NCBI GenBank assembly: GCA_041576165.1
Contig: JBFGLM010000004.1
Span: 64,001 to 128,000, forward strand
Length of the DNA stretch: 64,000 nucleotides
Source of the DNA: Acidimicrobiia bacterium
Lineage (GTDB): Bacteria; Actinomycetota; Acidimicrobiia; Spongiisociales; Spongiisociaceae
Reading direction: 5' to 3'
In this document: piece after piece, positions 1 to 10,583 of the stretch
Position numbering within the stretch: position 1 is the first letter of the stretch
How the letters are laid out: each line of letters opens with the position of its first letter
Translations under genes and position numbers: made by a program
Notes under the pieces: generated by a model
The model's database searches: none
What the model saw: only the letters and a program-made list of their open reading frames with translations
What the model was told of the DNA's origin: nothing

Positions 1-969
1 CGGCTCGATCGGGACGCTGTAGCTGCCGTCGAACTCACCAAAACGGGTTCGGCTTCGGCGGTCGCAGTCGGGGGCGACCGGGTCGTGTTCGGCCATGAGT
101 CATTCCGAGCCCCACCTGAGATCTTCGAAGTGGTGAATGGCGCGCCGATCCGCCTCAGCCATTTCACTGCTTCGGCGCTCGAGGGGATCGACTTGGGCCA
201 GGTCGACTCGAAGGTCTTTTCAGGTGCAGCGGGGGCAGACGTCCAAATGTACGTCATGACGCCGCCCAACTTCGTGCCCGGCCCGAAACGGCCTCTCGTC
301 CACCTGATCCACGGCGGGCCTCACGGCCTCTTCGGGGACGGCTGGCACTGGCGCTGGAATCCCCAAGTCATCGCCGCCGCCGGCTACGTCGTCGCAATGG
401 TCAATTTCCACGGATCGACGTCGTGGGGTCAGGCATTCGCCGAGTCGATACTCGGTGGCTGGGGCGACAAACCTCTGGCCGATATCGAGGCTGCCACCGA
501 CCTGCTCATCTCCGAGGGCCTCATCGACCAGGAGCGGATGGCCGTGACCGGCGGATCGTACGGCGGTTACTTGGTCGCCTGGATCACATCGCAGACCAGC
601 CGCTACCGCTGTGCGATCGCTCACGCCGCCGTGACGAATCTCGGCGGGATGAACGCCAGCGACTACGCCTTCCATCGCGCAACCGCCTTTGGCGCCGAAT
701 ACTGGGCCGACCCTGAGCGGGTCGATCGGTGGAGCCCGTCCACCCATGCCGTTGGGTACGAGACCCCGACACTGGTCATCCATGGCGAACGCGACTATCG
801 GGTGCCCGTCACGCAAGGGTTGGAGCTCTACGCCGCACTCAAGTCGAAAGGCGTGGACGCCCGGCTGGTGCACTACCCGGGCGAACACCATTGGATCCTC
901 GGCCGCCACAGCTCGGTGCACTGGTATAGCGAGTTCCTCGATTGGCTGGCCCGGCACTTGTGGCCATGA
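1..969 (+). CDS. S9 family (prolyl oligopeptidase/acylaminoacyl) peptidase, 5' end outside window
   Basis: Frame open from base 1; HGGPHG, GGSYGG nucleophile motif, HGERDYRVP and C-terminal His (GEHH). Confidence 0.9.
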   Translation, partial: RLDRDAVAAVELTKTGSASAVAVGGDRVVFGHESFRAPPEIFEVVNGAPIRLSHFTASALEGIDLGQVDSKVFSGAAGADVQMYVMTPPNFVPGPKRPLVHLIHGGPHGLFGDGWHWRWNPQVIAAAGYVVAMVNFHGSTSWGQAFAESILGGWGDKPLADIEAATDLLISEGLIDQERMAVTGGSYGGYLVAWITSQTSRYRCAIAHAAVTNLGGMNASDYAFHRATAFGAEYWADPERVDRWSPSTHAVGYETPTLVIHGERDYRVPVTQGLELYAALKSKGVDARLVHYPGEHHWILGRHSSVHWYSEFLDWLARHLWP

Positions 970-1076
970 ATGTCGGCTCTCGCCGAACAGATCCCTGCCA
1001 CGCGCGGATCGTGCTGATCTACCCGAAGCACATCACCCTCCGCGCTCGAGATCTCCGAGTTTTCCACAGTTCTCCC

Positions 1077-1106
1077 CGTCTTACGCGCGATTTCGCGCGT
1101 AAGACG
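1077..1106. repeat. Perfect 14-bp inverted repeat (hairpin; possible terminator or REP-like element)
   Basis: CGTCTTACGCGCGA-TT-TCGCGCGTAAGACG followed by ATTTTGT. Confidence 0.6.
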
Positions 1107-1125
1107 ATTTTGTAGTTCTTGGCAA

Positions 1126-1758
1126 ATGCTGGTAAGCATCTTTGCCGGCGGCGACCAGATTCCTCCCGACGTTGTCCGCCGGCTCCCGGCGGCCGACCTC
1201 TGCATTGCGGCAGACTCCGGAGCACGCCACGCCCGAGAGGCGGGAGTCCGGGTGGACCACCTCGTGGGCGACTTCGACTCGATCGACCCCGAGACGGCGA
1301 CCTGGGCCGAGGAACGCGGCGCGATCTTGCACCGCCACCCCGCCGACAAGGACATGACCGACCTCGAACTCGCCCTGACGTTGGCCACCGAAGCGGGCGC
1401 CACCGAGTTGCTGGTGGTCGGCGGACACGGGGGGCGGCTCGATCATCTGGCTGCCAATCTGGCGTTGATCGCATCAGCCCGGTGGCCGAACCCATTGACC
1501 TGGATGGCGGGACCCGACCGGGTTGAGGTGGTCCGCGGTCGGCGTTCTATCGCGGCAACACCGGGAGCCGTGGTGAGCGTGCTCGCCGCAGAGCCGGCGA
1601 CCGGAGTGACGATGACCGGGGTACGCTGGAAGCTCACACACGAATCCCTTGCGCCGGGTAGCACCCGCGGTGTCAGCAACATCGTGCGCGAGTCACCGTT
1701 CCACGTCGACGTCGAGACCGGAACGCTATTGGTGATCATCCCCGGTCAGGACAGTTGA
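1126..1758 (+). CDS. thiN: Thiamine diphosphokinase
   Basis: IAADSGA, VGDFDSI, DKDMTDLELAL, GGRLDH and RGVSN motifs. Confidence 0.92.
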   Translation: MLVSIFAGGDQIPPDVVRRLPAADLCIAADSGARHAREAGVRVDHLVGDFDSIDPETATWAEERGAILHRHPADKDMTDLELALTLATEAGATELLVVGGHGGRLDHLAANLALIASARWPNPLTWMAGPDRVEVVRGRRSIAATPGAVVSVLAAEPATGVTMTGVRWKLTHESLAPGSTRGVSNIVRESPFHVDVETGTLLVIIPGQDS

Positions 1759-2015
1759 GTCGCAATGAAGGAGGCGTAGGCGTGTGCCCAGCCTTCCTCA
1801 CCGTCGTCTGCGAGCGACCTCGCCGCCGCCACCAAGAGATAGATCAACTCTGATCGGGTGAGCTCTGCCTCGCCCATCGCGACGATCCGCGGCTGCAGGT
1901 ACTCGGCGTACCACATCGGCCATTCCGGATCGGCGCCGTTGGAAGCGATGAACGCTTCGTGGTGCGCGCGACCCGTTTCCTCCAGGAGCTCAGCCAGAGC
2001 AACCACGTCCATCAT
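1746..2015 (-). CDS. Small hypothetical protein
   Basis: Coupled to upstream gene (ATGA overlap at 2012-2015); protein-like composition with HHEAF...DPEWPMWYAEYL. Confidence 0.65.
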   Translation of the reverse strand: MMDVVALAELLEETGRAHHEAFIASNGADPEWPMWYAEYLQPRIVAMGEAELTRSELIYLLVAAARSLADDGEEGWAHAYASFIATQLS

Positions 2016-2443
2016 GTCTCCGCCGGGCTCGACCTGGGGGCGTTGGGATCAGGCGTCACGTGTACAAACCACCAGGCAATGAGGCATAGCGCCGCAAACA
2101 GCAGCGCGAAAGCGGCCACCGCCGGCTCAAAGACGATCGCTGTCAACGCCTGAAAGACCGTGTAGAAGAACAGCAGTCCGACAACCAGCAGACGCCGGGA
2201 ACGGCGGTACTCGCGCAACGCCGCACCGGCGGCCACGCTGAGGCTCAGCGCGGCGATGAGGGCCGTCAATGGCAGTAGCAGCGTCAGCCGGATCCGCTGG
2301 CCCTCTTCGGTCACACCCAAGAAACGAGCTGCTTCCGCCAGCCTGGACTCGTCGGCGAGTGTCGTGACGTTGCCGGCAAAGTCGCCCAGCTCGAGCAGGC
2401 CGAGCAGGGCGAAGAACACGAGAGCTGCGATCCGAAATCTCAT
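2012..2443 (-). CDS. Hypothetical membrane protein (about 4 TM segments)
   Basis: Several long hydrophobic stretches; fills the gap between neighbours. Confidence 0.7.
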   Translation of the reverse strand: MRFRIAALVFFALLGLLELGDFAGNVTTLADESRLAEAARFLGVTEEGQRIRLTLLLPLTALIAALSLSVAAGAALREYRRSRRLLVVGLLFFYTVFQALTAIVFEPAVAAFALLFAALCLIAWWFVHVTPDPNAPRSSPAET

Positions 2444-2520
2444 ACTGCCCCGGGATTCTGCATCCTAGAGGTCGCAGATCGGTGCATTACGCCACCAGCA
2501 TTCGCCCGCCAAATCTCCGG

Positions 2521-3498
2521 TCAGCGGTAGACATCAGGGTTCGCCACATACGGCATCGACTCTCGGTTGAGAGCCGCAATCAGGTTGCCGGCTGCCACCT
2601 CGGCCATATGCACCCTGGTGCGGACCGACGCGCTACCGATGTGCGGCACGATGTAACAGTTGGGGAGCGCAACCAGAGGATGGTCGGCCGGTATCGGCTC
2701 GGGGTCGGTTACATCCAGGCCGGCGGCGGCTATCACCCCCTCCGCCAGAGCTTCGGTGAGAGCCGGGGTGTTCACGATGGGGCCGCGGGCTGCGTTTACC
2801 AGGGTTGCGGTCGGTTTCATTTGCTTCAGGGCGGCGCCATCGATGAGACCTTGCGTCTCCGGCGTCAGGGCGCACAACACCATGACGTGGTCTGATTCCG
2901 CCAGAAGATCACCGAGGTCCCGATACTCGGCACCAAGCGCTTCCTCCGCCCGCGGATCGGGCGTCCGCTGCGTATATAGAATTCGCATCCCGAAACCGGC
3001 CGCGCGACGGGCAAAGGCCCGGCCGATCCGGCCCAACCCAATGATGCCGACCGTCGAGCCGTGCAAGTCGTGACCTAACAGCAGCTCCGGTTCCCATTGC
3101 GTCCATGCGCCAGACCGGACGTAGTCGCGCGCCTCACCCATCCGCCGGGCAGCCGCGATCAGGAGGCCGAACGCTAGATCAGCGGTTGTCTCGGTCAGGA
3201 CTCCCGGGGTATGCCCCACCGGAATTCGGCGGGCCGTGCAGGCCGCAAGGTCGACGTTGTCGACGCCGACGGCCATTTGGCTGATGGCGATGAGGCTGGG
3301 GGCGGCATCTAGTAGTTCCTCGTCGACCGCGTCTGTGAGCATGCAGTAGAGACCGGTGGCGTCCGCAATCCGGCCCAGCAGCTCGCGCCGCTCGATCGCC
3401 CGGTTCTCGCGCCACACCCACACGTCGCCCACCTGGCGCAGCCACTCAAGGACTTGTCCAGGCGGGGTGCGCGTGACAACGATCCGATGCCGGCTCAA
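2521..3498 (-). CDS. D-2-hydroxyacid dehydrogenase (glyoxylate reductase/D-glycerate dehydrogenase)
   Basis: AVGVDNVD, TPGVLTETTAD, GLGRIG, NAARG, LDVTDPEP, PHIGSA. Confidence 0.92.
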   Translation of the reverse strand: MSRHRIVVTRTPPGQVLEWLRQVGDVWVWRENRAIERRELLGRIADATGLYCMLTDAVDEELLDAAPSLIAISQMAVGVDNVDLAACTARRIPVGHTPGVLTETTADLAFGLLIAAARRMGEARDYVRSGAWTQWEPELLLGHDLHGSTVGIIGLGRIGRAFARRAAGFGMRILYTQRTPDPRAEEALGAEYRDLGDLLAESDHVMVLCALTPETQGLIDGAALKQMKPTATLVNAARGPIVNTPALTEALAEGVIAAAGLDVTDPEPIPADHPLVALPNCYIVPHIGSASVRTRVHMAEVAAGNLIAALNRESMPYVANPDVYR

Positions 3499-3582
3499 CG
3501 CATGACCGTCCTATCCCCCGAGGCGGCCCAGCTGGGACGCTCGCCTCTACGATCACCCAGTCGCGGCCGCGGAGCGGTACGC

Positions 3583-4791
3583 CTACGAGCGGGGAACGTC
3601 TGTCCACGGTACATCCTTGTCGACTCGGGGCTCACCGGGCAAACCAAGCACCCGCTCACCCAGAATGTTGCGCATGATCTCCGACGTCCCGCCTTCGATC
3701 GAGTTCGCCCTCGAACGAAGGAAGTTCATTTGCGGATCCCTCCGTCCCAACTGGCTCTCGTCGGGCCGGCTGAACGCGTACGTGGCGGGGAAGAGCATCC
3801 CGTCTCCGCCGAGGAGGTCCACACAGAACTCGTAGATCTCCTTGTTGAGCTCAGCCCACGCCAGTTTGCTGGTGGAACCCTCGGGACCGGGCGTGCCCCG
3901 CTGGGCCATCGCCGCCGCCCGCCGATTCGTCAAACGGGCGGCCTCGGCTGCCGTCCACAGCCGGATCAGCTGGTCGCGCTTGGCCGGCTCGTCATGTTGC
4001 AGCGATTGCCACACCTTCACGGCTTCGCCGATGGCACCACCACCGCGGGGGGTGGGCGAGCTGCCGATGGACACTCGTTCGTTCATCAGGGTGGTGATGG
4101 CCACCCGCCATCCGTCACCCCGATTCCCAAGGATGTTGGCATCCGGCACCCGCGCATCGGTGAAATACACCTCGCTGAACTCTGCCTCTCCGGTCAGCTG
4201 CCGGAGTGGGCGCACCTCCACAGCATCCTGAGTCATATCGATGATGAAATAGGACAGCCCCCGGTGCTTGGGCAGGGCTGGATCGGTACGGGCCAGCAAC
4301 ATTCCCCACTTGGCGGTGTGAGCCAGCGTCGTCCACACCTTTTGCCCGTTCACCACCCACTCGTCGCCGTCTTCAACGGCCCGGGTCGCAAGCCCCGCCA
4401 CGTCTGAACCGGCGCCGGGCTCGGAGAACAGCTGACACCAGATCTCCTCCCCGGTGAACAGCGGGCGCAGGTATCTGCCGGTTTGCTCGGACGTCCCGTG
4501 CGCGAGCACGGTGGGGGCGCCCATTCCGTAGCCGATGATGTTCCGGCTGATGTTGGAGAAGTTGGCCCCGGCCCCACGCAATCGGTCGAGCACGGTCCGC
4601 ATGTGGCCGCGACCGATCCCGAGACCCCCACGCCCTTCAGGGAAATGCACCCACGCCAGACCCGCGTCGTACTGGGCGCTCCAGAACGCTGTGTCGTCGG
4701 TGGTTGCCGGTGGGTACTCCTCCAGCAGCCGCGTGATCGTTGCGTCCACCTTGGCGGCGTCCCTCGACGCCCGCTCTGCCGATGATGTCAT
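3583..4791 (-). CDS. Acyl-CoA dehydrogenase
   Basis: WCQLFSEPGAGSD, NGQKVWT, SIEGGTSEIMRNILGERVLGLP. Confidence 0.93.
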   Translation of the reverse strand: MTSSAERASRDAAKVDATITRLLEEYPPATTDDTAFWSAQYDAGLAWVHFPEGRGGLGIGRGHMRTVLDRLRGAGANFSNISRNIIGYGMGAPTVLAHGTSEQTGRYLRPLFTGEEIWCQLFSEPGAGSDVAGLATRAVEDGDEWVVNGQKVWTTLAHTAKWGMLLARTDPALPKHRGLSYFIIDMTQDAVEVRPLRQLTGEAEFSEVYFTDARVPDANILGNRGDGWRVAITTLMNERVSIGSSPTPRGGGAIGEAVKVWQSLQHDEPAKRDQLIRLWTAAEAARLTNRRAAAMAQRGTPGPEGSTSKLAWAELNKEIYEFCVDLLGGDGMLFPATYAFSRPDESQLGRRDPQMNFLRSRANSIEGGTSEIMRNILGERVLGLPGEPRVDKDVPWTDVPRS

Positions 4792-4793
4792 CG

Positions 4794-5699
4794 TTATTCA
4801 GCCAGCAACTTGGCCAATAGGGTCATTTCTTCGGTGCTGCTCGTCGGAACAACGAAGTCCTCGACGTCCCGAATCTCGTCCAGGTGCTCCTGCACCTCTT
4901 CGGCGCTCGGGACCACCCCCGGCCCTGCGAACCAGCCCTGGTTTACGCCGACGAAGATGCGGCCGTACCGGCCGCCTCCCACCGTCCATATTTCGTGGCT
5001 GTGGGTGCAGGCGGGCGAGGCCAGGTAGGCAACCAGCGGTGCCACCTGGTCGGGGTCCACTTGGTCAATCAGTGGCCCCAGCAGGTCAGCAGTCATACGC
5101 GTGCGCGCCACGGGTGCGATGGCGTTCGAAAGGATGTTGTACTTGACGCCCTCGATGGCCACCACATTCATCAACCCAACCAGACCCATCTTGGCGGCTC
5201 CGTAGTTCGCCTGGCCGAAATTGCCGAAGAGCCCCGATGCCGACGAGGTGAACACGAACCGGCCGTAACCGTTCTCTTTCATCACCTCGAAGGCCGGGCG
5301 ACTGACGTGAAATGCTCCGTGGAGGTGGACATCGACGACGGCACGGAAGTCTTCGGCCTCCAGCTTGGCGAAACTCTTGTCTCGCAAGATGCCGGCGTTG
5401 TTGATGACTGCGTCGACGGTGCCGAAGGCATCGAGCGCCGTCTGGATGATTGCGACTCCGCCCTCGGGAGTCGCCACCGAGTCGTAGCTCGCCACGGCTT
5501 CCCCGCCGCCCGCCACGATCTCCGCCACCGTGGCGTCGGCCATGGTCGCCCCGCCCCCGGAACCATCGACCATGCCTCCGAGATCGTTCACGACGACCCG
5601 GGCGCCCCGCCGGGCGATTTCGAGCGCGTACGACTTTCCCAGCCCACCGCCGGCACCCGTCACGACCACCACCTGCTGGTCAAAGACAATATCTGACAT
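4794..5699 (-). CDS. SDR oxidoreductase (3-hydroxyacyl-CoA dehydrogenase, MFE-2-like)
   Basis: [33 protein letters not shown]; start set at ATG 5699. Confidence 0.9.
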   Translation of the reverse strand: MSDIVFDQQVVVVTGAGGGLGKSYALEIARRGARVVVNDLGGMVDGSGGGATMADATVAEIVAGGGEAVASYDSVATPEGGVAIIQTALDAFGTVDAVINNAGILRDKSFAKLEAEDFRAVVDVHLHGAFHVSRPAFEVMKENGYGRFVFTSSASGLFGNFGQANYGAAKMGLVGLMNVVAIEGVKYNILSNAIAPVARTRMTADLLGPLIDQVDPDQVAPLVAYLASPACTHSHEIWTVGGGRYGRIFVGVNQGWFAGPGVVPSAEEVQEHLDEIRDVEDFVVPTSSTEEMTLLAKLLAE

Positions 5700-5758
5700 C
5701 TCGGGCACCCTCACTTCCCTCGGTTTTCGCGAAATCTTGGTCCGGCACCGCGACTCCA

Positions 5759-5786
5759 TCAATTCGACCGCGTCACGTGCCGATCA
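5759..5786 (+). promoter_or_regulatory. Putative sigma28/WhiG-type promoter upstream of treS
   Basis: TCAA-N16-GCCGATCA versus consensus TAAA-N15/16-GCCGATAA. Confidence 0.4.
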
Positions 5787-5863
5787 ATTGTCATGACTGC
5801 CAGCGTGCCAGGCGCTTGCTGATGACTCCGGCGACGATTCCGTGGCTTCCTAATCTGGGGTGC

Positions 5864-8800
5864 ATGACAGATCACCCGAGCCGACTTTCTGGCGCCGATC
5901 CCGAGTGGTATCGGGACGCAACGATATACGAGACGCATGTCCGCGCGTTCAAGGATTCCAACGGTGACGGAATCGGCGACTTCCCTGGACTGACTTCCAA
6001 ACTCGACTACATACAGCAGCTCGGAGTCACTGCGATCTGGTTGTTGCCGTTCTACCCATCGCCCCTTCGCGACGATGGCTACGACATTGCTGACTACAAG
6101 GACGTACATCCAAGCTACGGCACCCTGGCAGACTTCCAGACCTTCCTGGACGAGGCCCACCGGCGGGACATGCGAGTCATCACCGAGTTGGTCATCAACC
6201 ACACCTCCGACCAGCACCCATGGTTCCAGCGCGCCCGGAGAGCCGCCGCTGGCACGACAGAACGCGATTTCTACGTGTGGAGTGACACGAGCGACCAATA
6301 CAACGATGTTCGCATCATCTTCCAGGACACGGAAACCTCTAACTGGGCGTGGGATCCGATGGCGGGCGCCTACTACTGGCATCGCTTCTTCTCTCACCAG
6401 CCCGATTTGAACTACGAGAACCCGGCGGTATTGGAGGCGGTGCTCGACGCGCTCGCCTTTTGGCTCGACATGGGCGTGGACGGCCTTCGGCTCGATGCGA
6501 TCCCCTACCTGTATGAACGGGAAGGCACCAACGGAGAAAACCTGCCGGAGACCCACCAAGCGCTGAAGCTCATCCGCGGGTACGTGGATGCGCATTACGA
6601 AGACCGCATGTTGATCGCCGAGGCCAACCAGTGGCCCGAGGATGCCGTTGAGTACTTCGGCGAGGGCGACGAATGCCACATGGCGTTCCACTTCCCGTTG
6701 ATGCCTCGCTTGTACTTGGCACTCCACACCGGTGATCGCCTTCCGATCGTGGACATCCTGGAACAGACGCCTCCCATCCCAGAGTCCGCCCAGTGGGCCA
6801 CGTTCTTGCGCAATCACGACGAGCTGACGCTGGAGATGGTCACCGCAGAAGAGCGGGAGCTGCTTTGGCATGCGTACGCCCCGGACCGTCGCGCCCGCCT
6901 GAACCTCGGCATTCGGCGGCGGCTGGCGCCGCTGCTCGGCAACGATCGCCGCCGGCTCGAACTGATGTATGGATTGTTGCTCTCTCTCGGCGGCACGCCC
7001 GTGCTCTATTACGGCGACGAGCTGGGCATGGGCGACAACATCTTCCTGGCGGACCGCGACGGCGTCCGCACGCCCATGCATTGGAGTAGCGACCGCAACG
7101 CGGGCTTCTCGGCGGCCAACCCGCAGTCGCTCTATTTGCCGGTGATCATCGACCCCGAATACCACTACGAAACAGTCAACGTCGAAGCGCAACACGCCAA
7201 CCCCAACTCACTGTTGTGGTGGGTGCGAAAGATGCTGATGCTGCGACGGCACCACACTGTCTTCGGCCGGGGCGACTTCCGGTTGCTCCACCCGTTCAAC
7301 CCTCACGTCCTGGCATTCCTGCGCAGCCACGAAGAGCAGTGCATCCTGGTCGTTGCCAATCTGTCGAACCAGGCTCAGTACGTCGAGCTGGATCTTCACG
7401 AGTTCGTCGGGACCAACCCCGTCGAGCTCACGGGAGGCACCCAGTTCCCCGCCATCGGCGAGCTGCCCTACCTGCTCACTCTGGGGCCCCATGCCTTCTT
7501 CTGGTTCGAGCTGAGCCGGGAAACCTCCCCGGCGCCCAACGGTCCAATCCACTTGTCCGAGCGCTTCGACTCATTGGTTGATGCCGACCATCCGCTGCTC
7601 CACGAAATCGACAGCTACCTCACCGAACAACCCTGGCTGCGCGACCTCGGGCCCGGCCACCTGATGTTGCGAGATGCCGTTCCGATTGGTGACCTGGATC
7701 AAACCCCGCGCTGGTGGGTCGGATTGTTTGATCGCACCGACGGCCGGGGAAGCGAGGTGAGCACATTCGCTCTCCCGATCGGGATCGGCAGCCAGAAGGA
7801 TGCGGATGTTGCGGCCGGATGCAAGATCGCCGACATCCAGTGGTTCGATCAATCGGGGATCGTGTTTGATGCCACCGCCGATGCTCGATTCCAAACGGAT
7901 CTCCTCAGGGACCTCAGCGAGCATCGCAAGCTGGTGAGCCAGCGGGGCGAACTGGAGTTGGTCGTCGTGTCCGAACGCGGGACTGAGGAGCCCCCCCAGA
8001 TCTCGGCGCATGCTCCCGGGCTGATATCCCGCCGGCGGGGCACTGCCATCATCGGGCTGGATGACGCTCAAGTGCTGCGTCTGTTCAGCGCGTTGGAGCC
8101 GGGCACGAGTCCCGGAGTTGAGCTGCGCCGGTACCTGACCGAGCGGGCTGCTTTCACCGTCGTCACGCCCGTAGGCGGTTGGATCAGTTACAACTCGGAC
8201 GAGGAGTTCACGGTCGGGGTGTTCGAGTCCCGCGGGCACGCGCTGACCACCGCGCTGGAGCTGTTCGGAAGCCTGGCAACCGCCTATTTGAGTGGAGAAT
8301 CCAAGGAGCTGGAGCATTCCGAGCAGATGGCCCGCGTACTGGCGGAGACAGTCGCGGCGGTTCACCTCGCATTGGCAGGACCCACCGAGGATCCCTCGCT
8401 CGTGCCCGAACCGCTCACGACTCTGGGACAACGTGGTCTCTACCAGACGCTCCGATCGTCGATCTCAGAGGGGCTGGCCGCCATTTCGCGCCGCCCTATT
8501 CCGACTGCCGACGCTGCCGGGGTGCGTGACATCGTGGATCGTCGGGCCGAGCTGCTGTCCGAACTGGAACCACTGCTGCATCACCACATCCGGACGGTAC
8601 AGACGCGCGTCCACGGGGAGATGCGCCTCGACGTGTTCTCGTGGACCGGCGAGATGTTTCGCATCCACGATTTCTCGGGTGACCGCACCATGCGGCCCGC
8701 CCAGCGCCGGCTGAAACGCAGCCCGCTTCGAGACGTGGCCCAGCTTCTCCGCTCAATTGAATATGCCGGTCTGTGGGCGGAGATCGAACTGGCCGACTCG

Positions 8801-9049
8801 GACCGGCTCGTCACGTCCGGCTTCCACTGGTCGGATGCTATGAAAGAAGCCCTACTGGCCACCTACCTCAAGGCGATGGCCGGATCCGCGGTGCTTCCGG
8901 ACAGTGACGACGACACGGCGCTGCTTCTGAGAGTGTTCCAGCTGGCTCGGGCCGTGCATGAGCTGCGGTGGGAGATTGAGCACCGACCTACCTGGATTCA
9001 GGTGCCCCGCCGCGGTCTCGGACATCTCATGGGCTGGCCTCTCGACTGA
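5864..9049 (+). CDS. treS: Trehalose synthase (maltose alpha-D-glucosyltransferase) fused to a maltokinase-like domain
   Basis: GH13 motifs [22 protein letters not shown] intact; C-terminal Pep2/Mak-like region ([28 protein letters not shown]). Start ATG 5864 lies 7 nt after TAATCT. Confidence 0.92.
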   Translation: MTDHPSRLSGADPEWYRDATIYETHVRAFKDSNGDGIGDFPGLTSKLDYIQQLGVTAIWLLPFYPSPLRDDGYDIADYKDVHPSYGTLADFQTFLDEAHRRDMRVITELVINHTSDQHPWFQRARRAAAGTTERDFYVWSDTSDQYNDVRIIFQDTETSNWAWDPMAGAYYWHRFFSHQPDLNYENPAVLEAVLDALAFWLDMGVDGLRLDAIPYLYEREGTNGENLPETHQALKLIRGYVDAHYEDRMLIAEANQWPEDAVEYFGEGDECHMAFHFPLMPRLYLALHTGDRLPIVDILEQTPPIPESAQWATFLRNHDELTLEMVTAEERELLWHAYAPDRRARLNLGIRRRLAPLLGNDRRRLELMYGLLLSLGGTPVLYYGDELGMGDNIFLADRDGVRTPMHWSSDRNAGFSAANPQSLYLPVIIDPEYHYETVNVEAQHANPNSLLWWVRKMLMLRRHHTVFGRGDFRLLHPFNPHVLAFLRSHEEQCILVVANLSNQAQYVELDLHEFVGTNPVELTGGTQFPAIGELPYLLTLGPHAFFWFELSRETSPAPNGPIHLSERFDSLVDADHPLLHEIDSYLTEQPWLRDLGPGHLMLRDAVPIGDLDQTPRWWVGLFDRTDGRGSEVSTFALPIGIGSQKDADVAAGCKIADIQWFDQSGIVFDATADARFQTDLLRDLSEHRKLVSQRGELELVVVSERGTEEPPQISAHAPGLISRRRGTAIIGLDDAQVLRLFSALEPGTSPGVELRRYLTERAAFTVVTPVGGWISYNSDEEFTVGVFESRGHALTTALELFGSLATAYLSGESKELEHSEQMARVLAETVAAVHLALAGPTEDPSLVPEPLTTLGQRGLYQTLRSSISEGLAAISRRPIPTADAAGVRDIVDRRAELLSELEPLLHHHIRTVQTRVHGEMRLDVFSWTGEMFRIHDFSGDRTMRPAQRRLKRSPLRDVAQLLRSIEYAGLWAEIELADSDRLVTSGFHWSDAMKEALLATYLKAMAGSAVLPDSDDDTALLLRVFQLARAVHELRWEIEHRPTWIQVPRRGLGHLMGWPLD

Positions 9050-9204
9050 CCATCGCCTCGGTCAGCCCCCACCTCAGCCAGGCGGCCAGCTACATGCGCT
9101 CGGTCTGACGACCAGTCAACCTCATCCACCATCGGAGCCAGAACCCGTGGATCACGCGCTCCCGAGATCCGACCGGCCGGCGCCAGCCGCTCCGCGGCCC
9201 CCGA

Positions 9205-10572
9205 TCACGCGCCGAGTGCATCGAGACAGGTCCGGGCCCACCTGAACACGTCTGACCTGCGGACGGTCCGGGCCAGCGCTCGCATTCGCCGGGCGGCCTC
9301 CTCAGGGGGCATCGTGACGGCCCGAAAGAGAGTCTCGGCAACTGCGTCGACGTCATGCGGATTGACGATCAGCGCAGACCGCAGCTGTTCGGCCGCGCCG
9401 GCGAACTCGCTCAGCACGAGCACCCCCGCATTGTGAACCCGGGTTGCGACATACTCTTTGGCCACGAGGTTCATGCCATCCCGCAGTGGCGTCACCAGCA
9501 TCACGTCGGCCGCCAAGTAACAAGCCACGAGCTCTTCGAGCGGCAGGCTGCGATAGAGATAGTGAACCGGAGAGTGACCTGGCCGGGCGTGCGCGCCGTT
9601 GATGCGGCCCACCTCCCGCTCGATCGTCTCGCGCAGCGTCTGGTATGCCGGCACGGCCTCCCGGCTGGGCACAGCGACTTGAAGGAACTCGTATCGAACG
9701 TCCTGATCCCGAGTTCGCTCCAGCAATGTGTCGATCGCTTTCAACCGCACGTCTATGCCCTTCGTATAGTCGAGACGATCGACCCCCAGGATCACTCGGT
9801 CGGGATCACCCATGTCCTTGCGCAGCTCACGGGCTGCCTCTTGCACGTCGGGGGAACTGGCCAGCTGGCGGAACTCGCCGACATCGATCCCGATCGGCGC
9901 CCGCTGCACGCGGACGGTGTGGCCGGCCACCGACAGGACCCCGCGTCCTAGCGAGGTTGCGTCTCCGTACCGGCGGGCAGCCCGGATGAAATTCTCGGCA
10001 CTGCGCCGGGTCTGGAACGAGACGACGTCGGCTCCGAGCAGGCCGGAAATGATCTCCCGCCGCCAGGGCAGCCGGGCAAACAACTCAATGGGCGGGAAGG
10101 GGATGTGCAGGTAGAAGCCGATCATGGCCTCGGGGCGCTCGCTCCTGATCATGGCCGGGACCAGTTGCAGCTGATAGTCCTGAACCCAGGCGATGGCGCT
10201 CGGCTCCAGTGTCTTGACCACGCGGCGGGCGTAGCGCTCATTCACCGAGGCATACGCCCTCCACCAATGACGCCGGAACGCCGGAGCTACGACCGCATCG
10301 TGATACAGCGGCCAGAGAGTGCCGTTGCAGAACCCGTAGTAGAAGTCATCGACTTCGGATTCCGACAGCGGCACCGGGATCTGGCTGATCCCTCCATGGG
10401 CGAACGGGTCGATTGGTTCGTCCCAGGTTCCCGCCCAGCCAACCCAGGCACCGCGGCGCTCCTGCAGGATCGGGACCAGCGCCCGCACGAGTCCACCCGG
10501 GCTGGTCTCCCATTCGTCTCCCACCCTCCGCACCGGCAACCTGTTGGCGGCAACGACGATCTGTTTACTCAC
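9205..10572 (-). CDS. otsA: Trehalose-6-phosphate synthase
   Basis: ANRLP, GGLV, LWPLYH, HIPFP, GVDRLDYTKG, RDGMNLVAKEY, LSEFAGAA. Confidence 0.95.
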   Translation of the reverse strand: MSKQIVVAANRLPVRRVGDEWETSPGGLVRALVPILQERRGAWVGWAGTWDEPIDPFAHGGISQIPVPLSESEVDDFYYGFCNGTLWPLYHDAVVAPAFRRHWWRAYASVNERYARRVVKTLEPSAIAWVQDYQLQLVPAMIRSERPEAMIGFYLHIPFPPIELFARLPWRREIISGLLGADVVSFQTRRSAENFIRAARRYGDATSLGRGVLSVAGHTVRVQRAPIGIDVGEFRQLASSPDVQEAARELRKDMGDPDRVILGVDRLDYTKGIDVRLKAIDTLLERTRDQDVRYEFLQVAVPSREAVPAYQTLRETIEREVGRINGAHARPGHSPVHYLYRSLPLEELVACYLAADVMLVTPLRDGMNLVAKEYVATRVHNAGVLVLSEFAGAAEQLRSALIVNPHDVDAVAETLFRAVTMPPEEAARRMRALARTVRRSDVFRWARTCLDALGA

Positions 10573-10583
10573 GACGTGCCACC

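Noticed and set aside
1060-1068. DnaA-box-like TTTTCCACA
   Set aside because: Single one-mismatch copy, no cluster and no origin-associated genes.
970-1125. TPP riboswitch upstream of thiN
   Set aside because: The conserved CUGAGA and downstream core elements are not visible.
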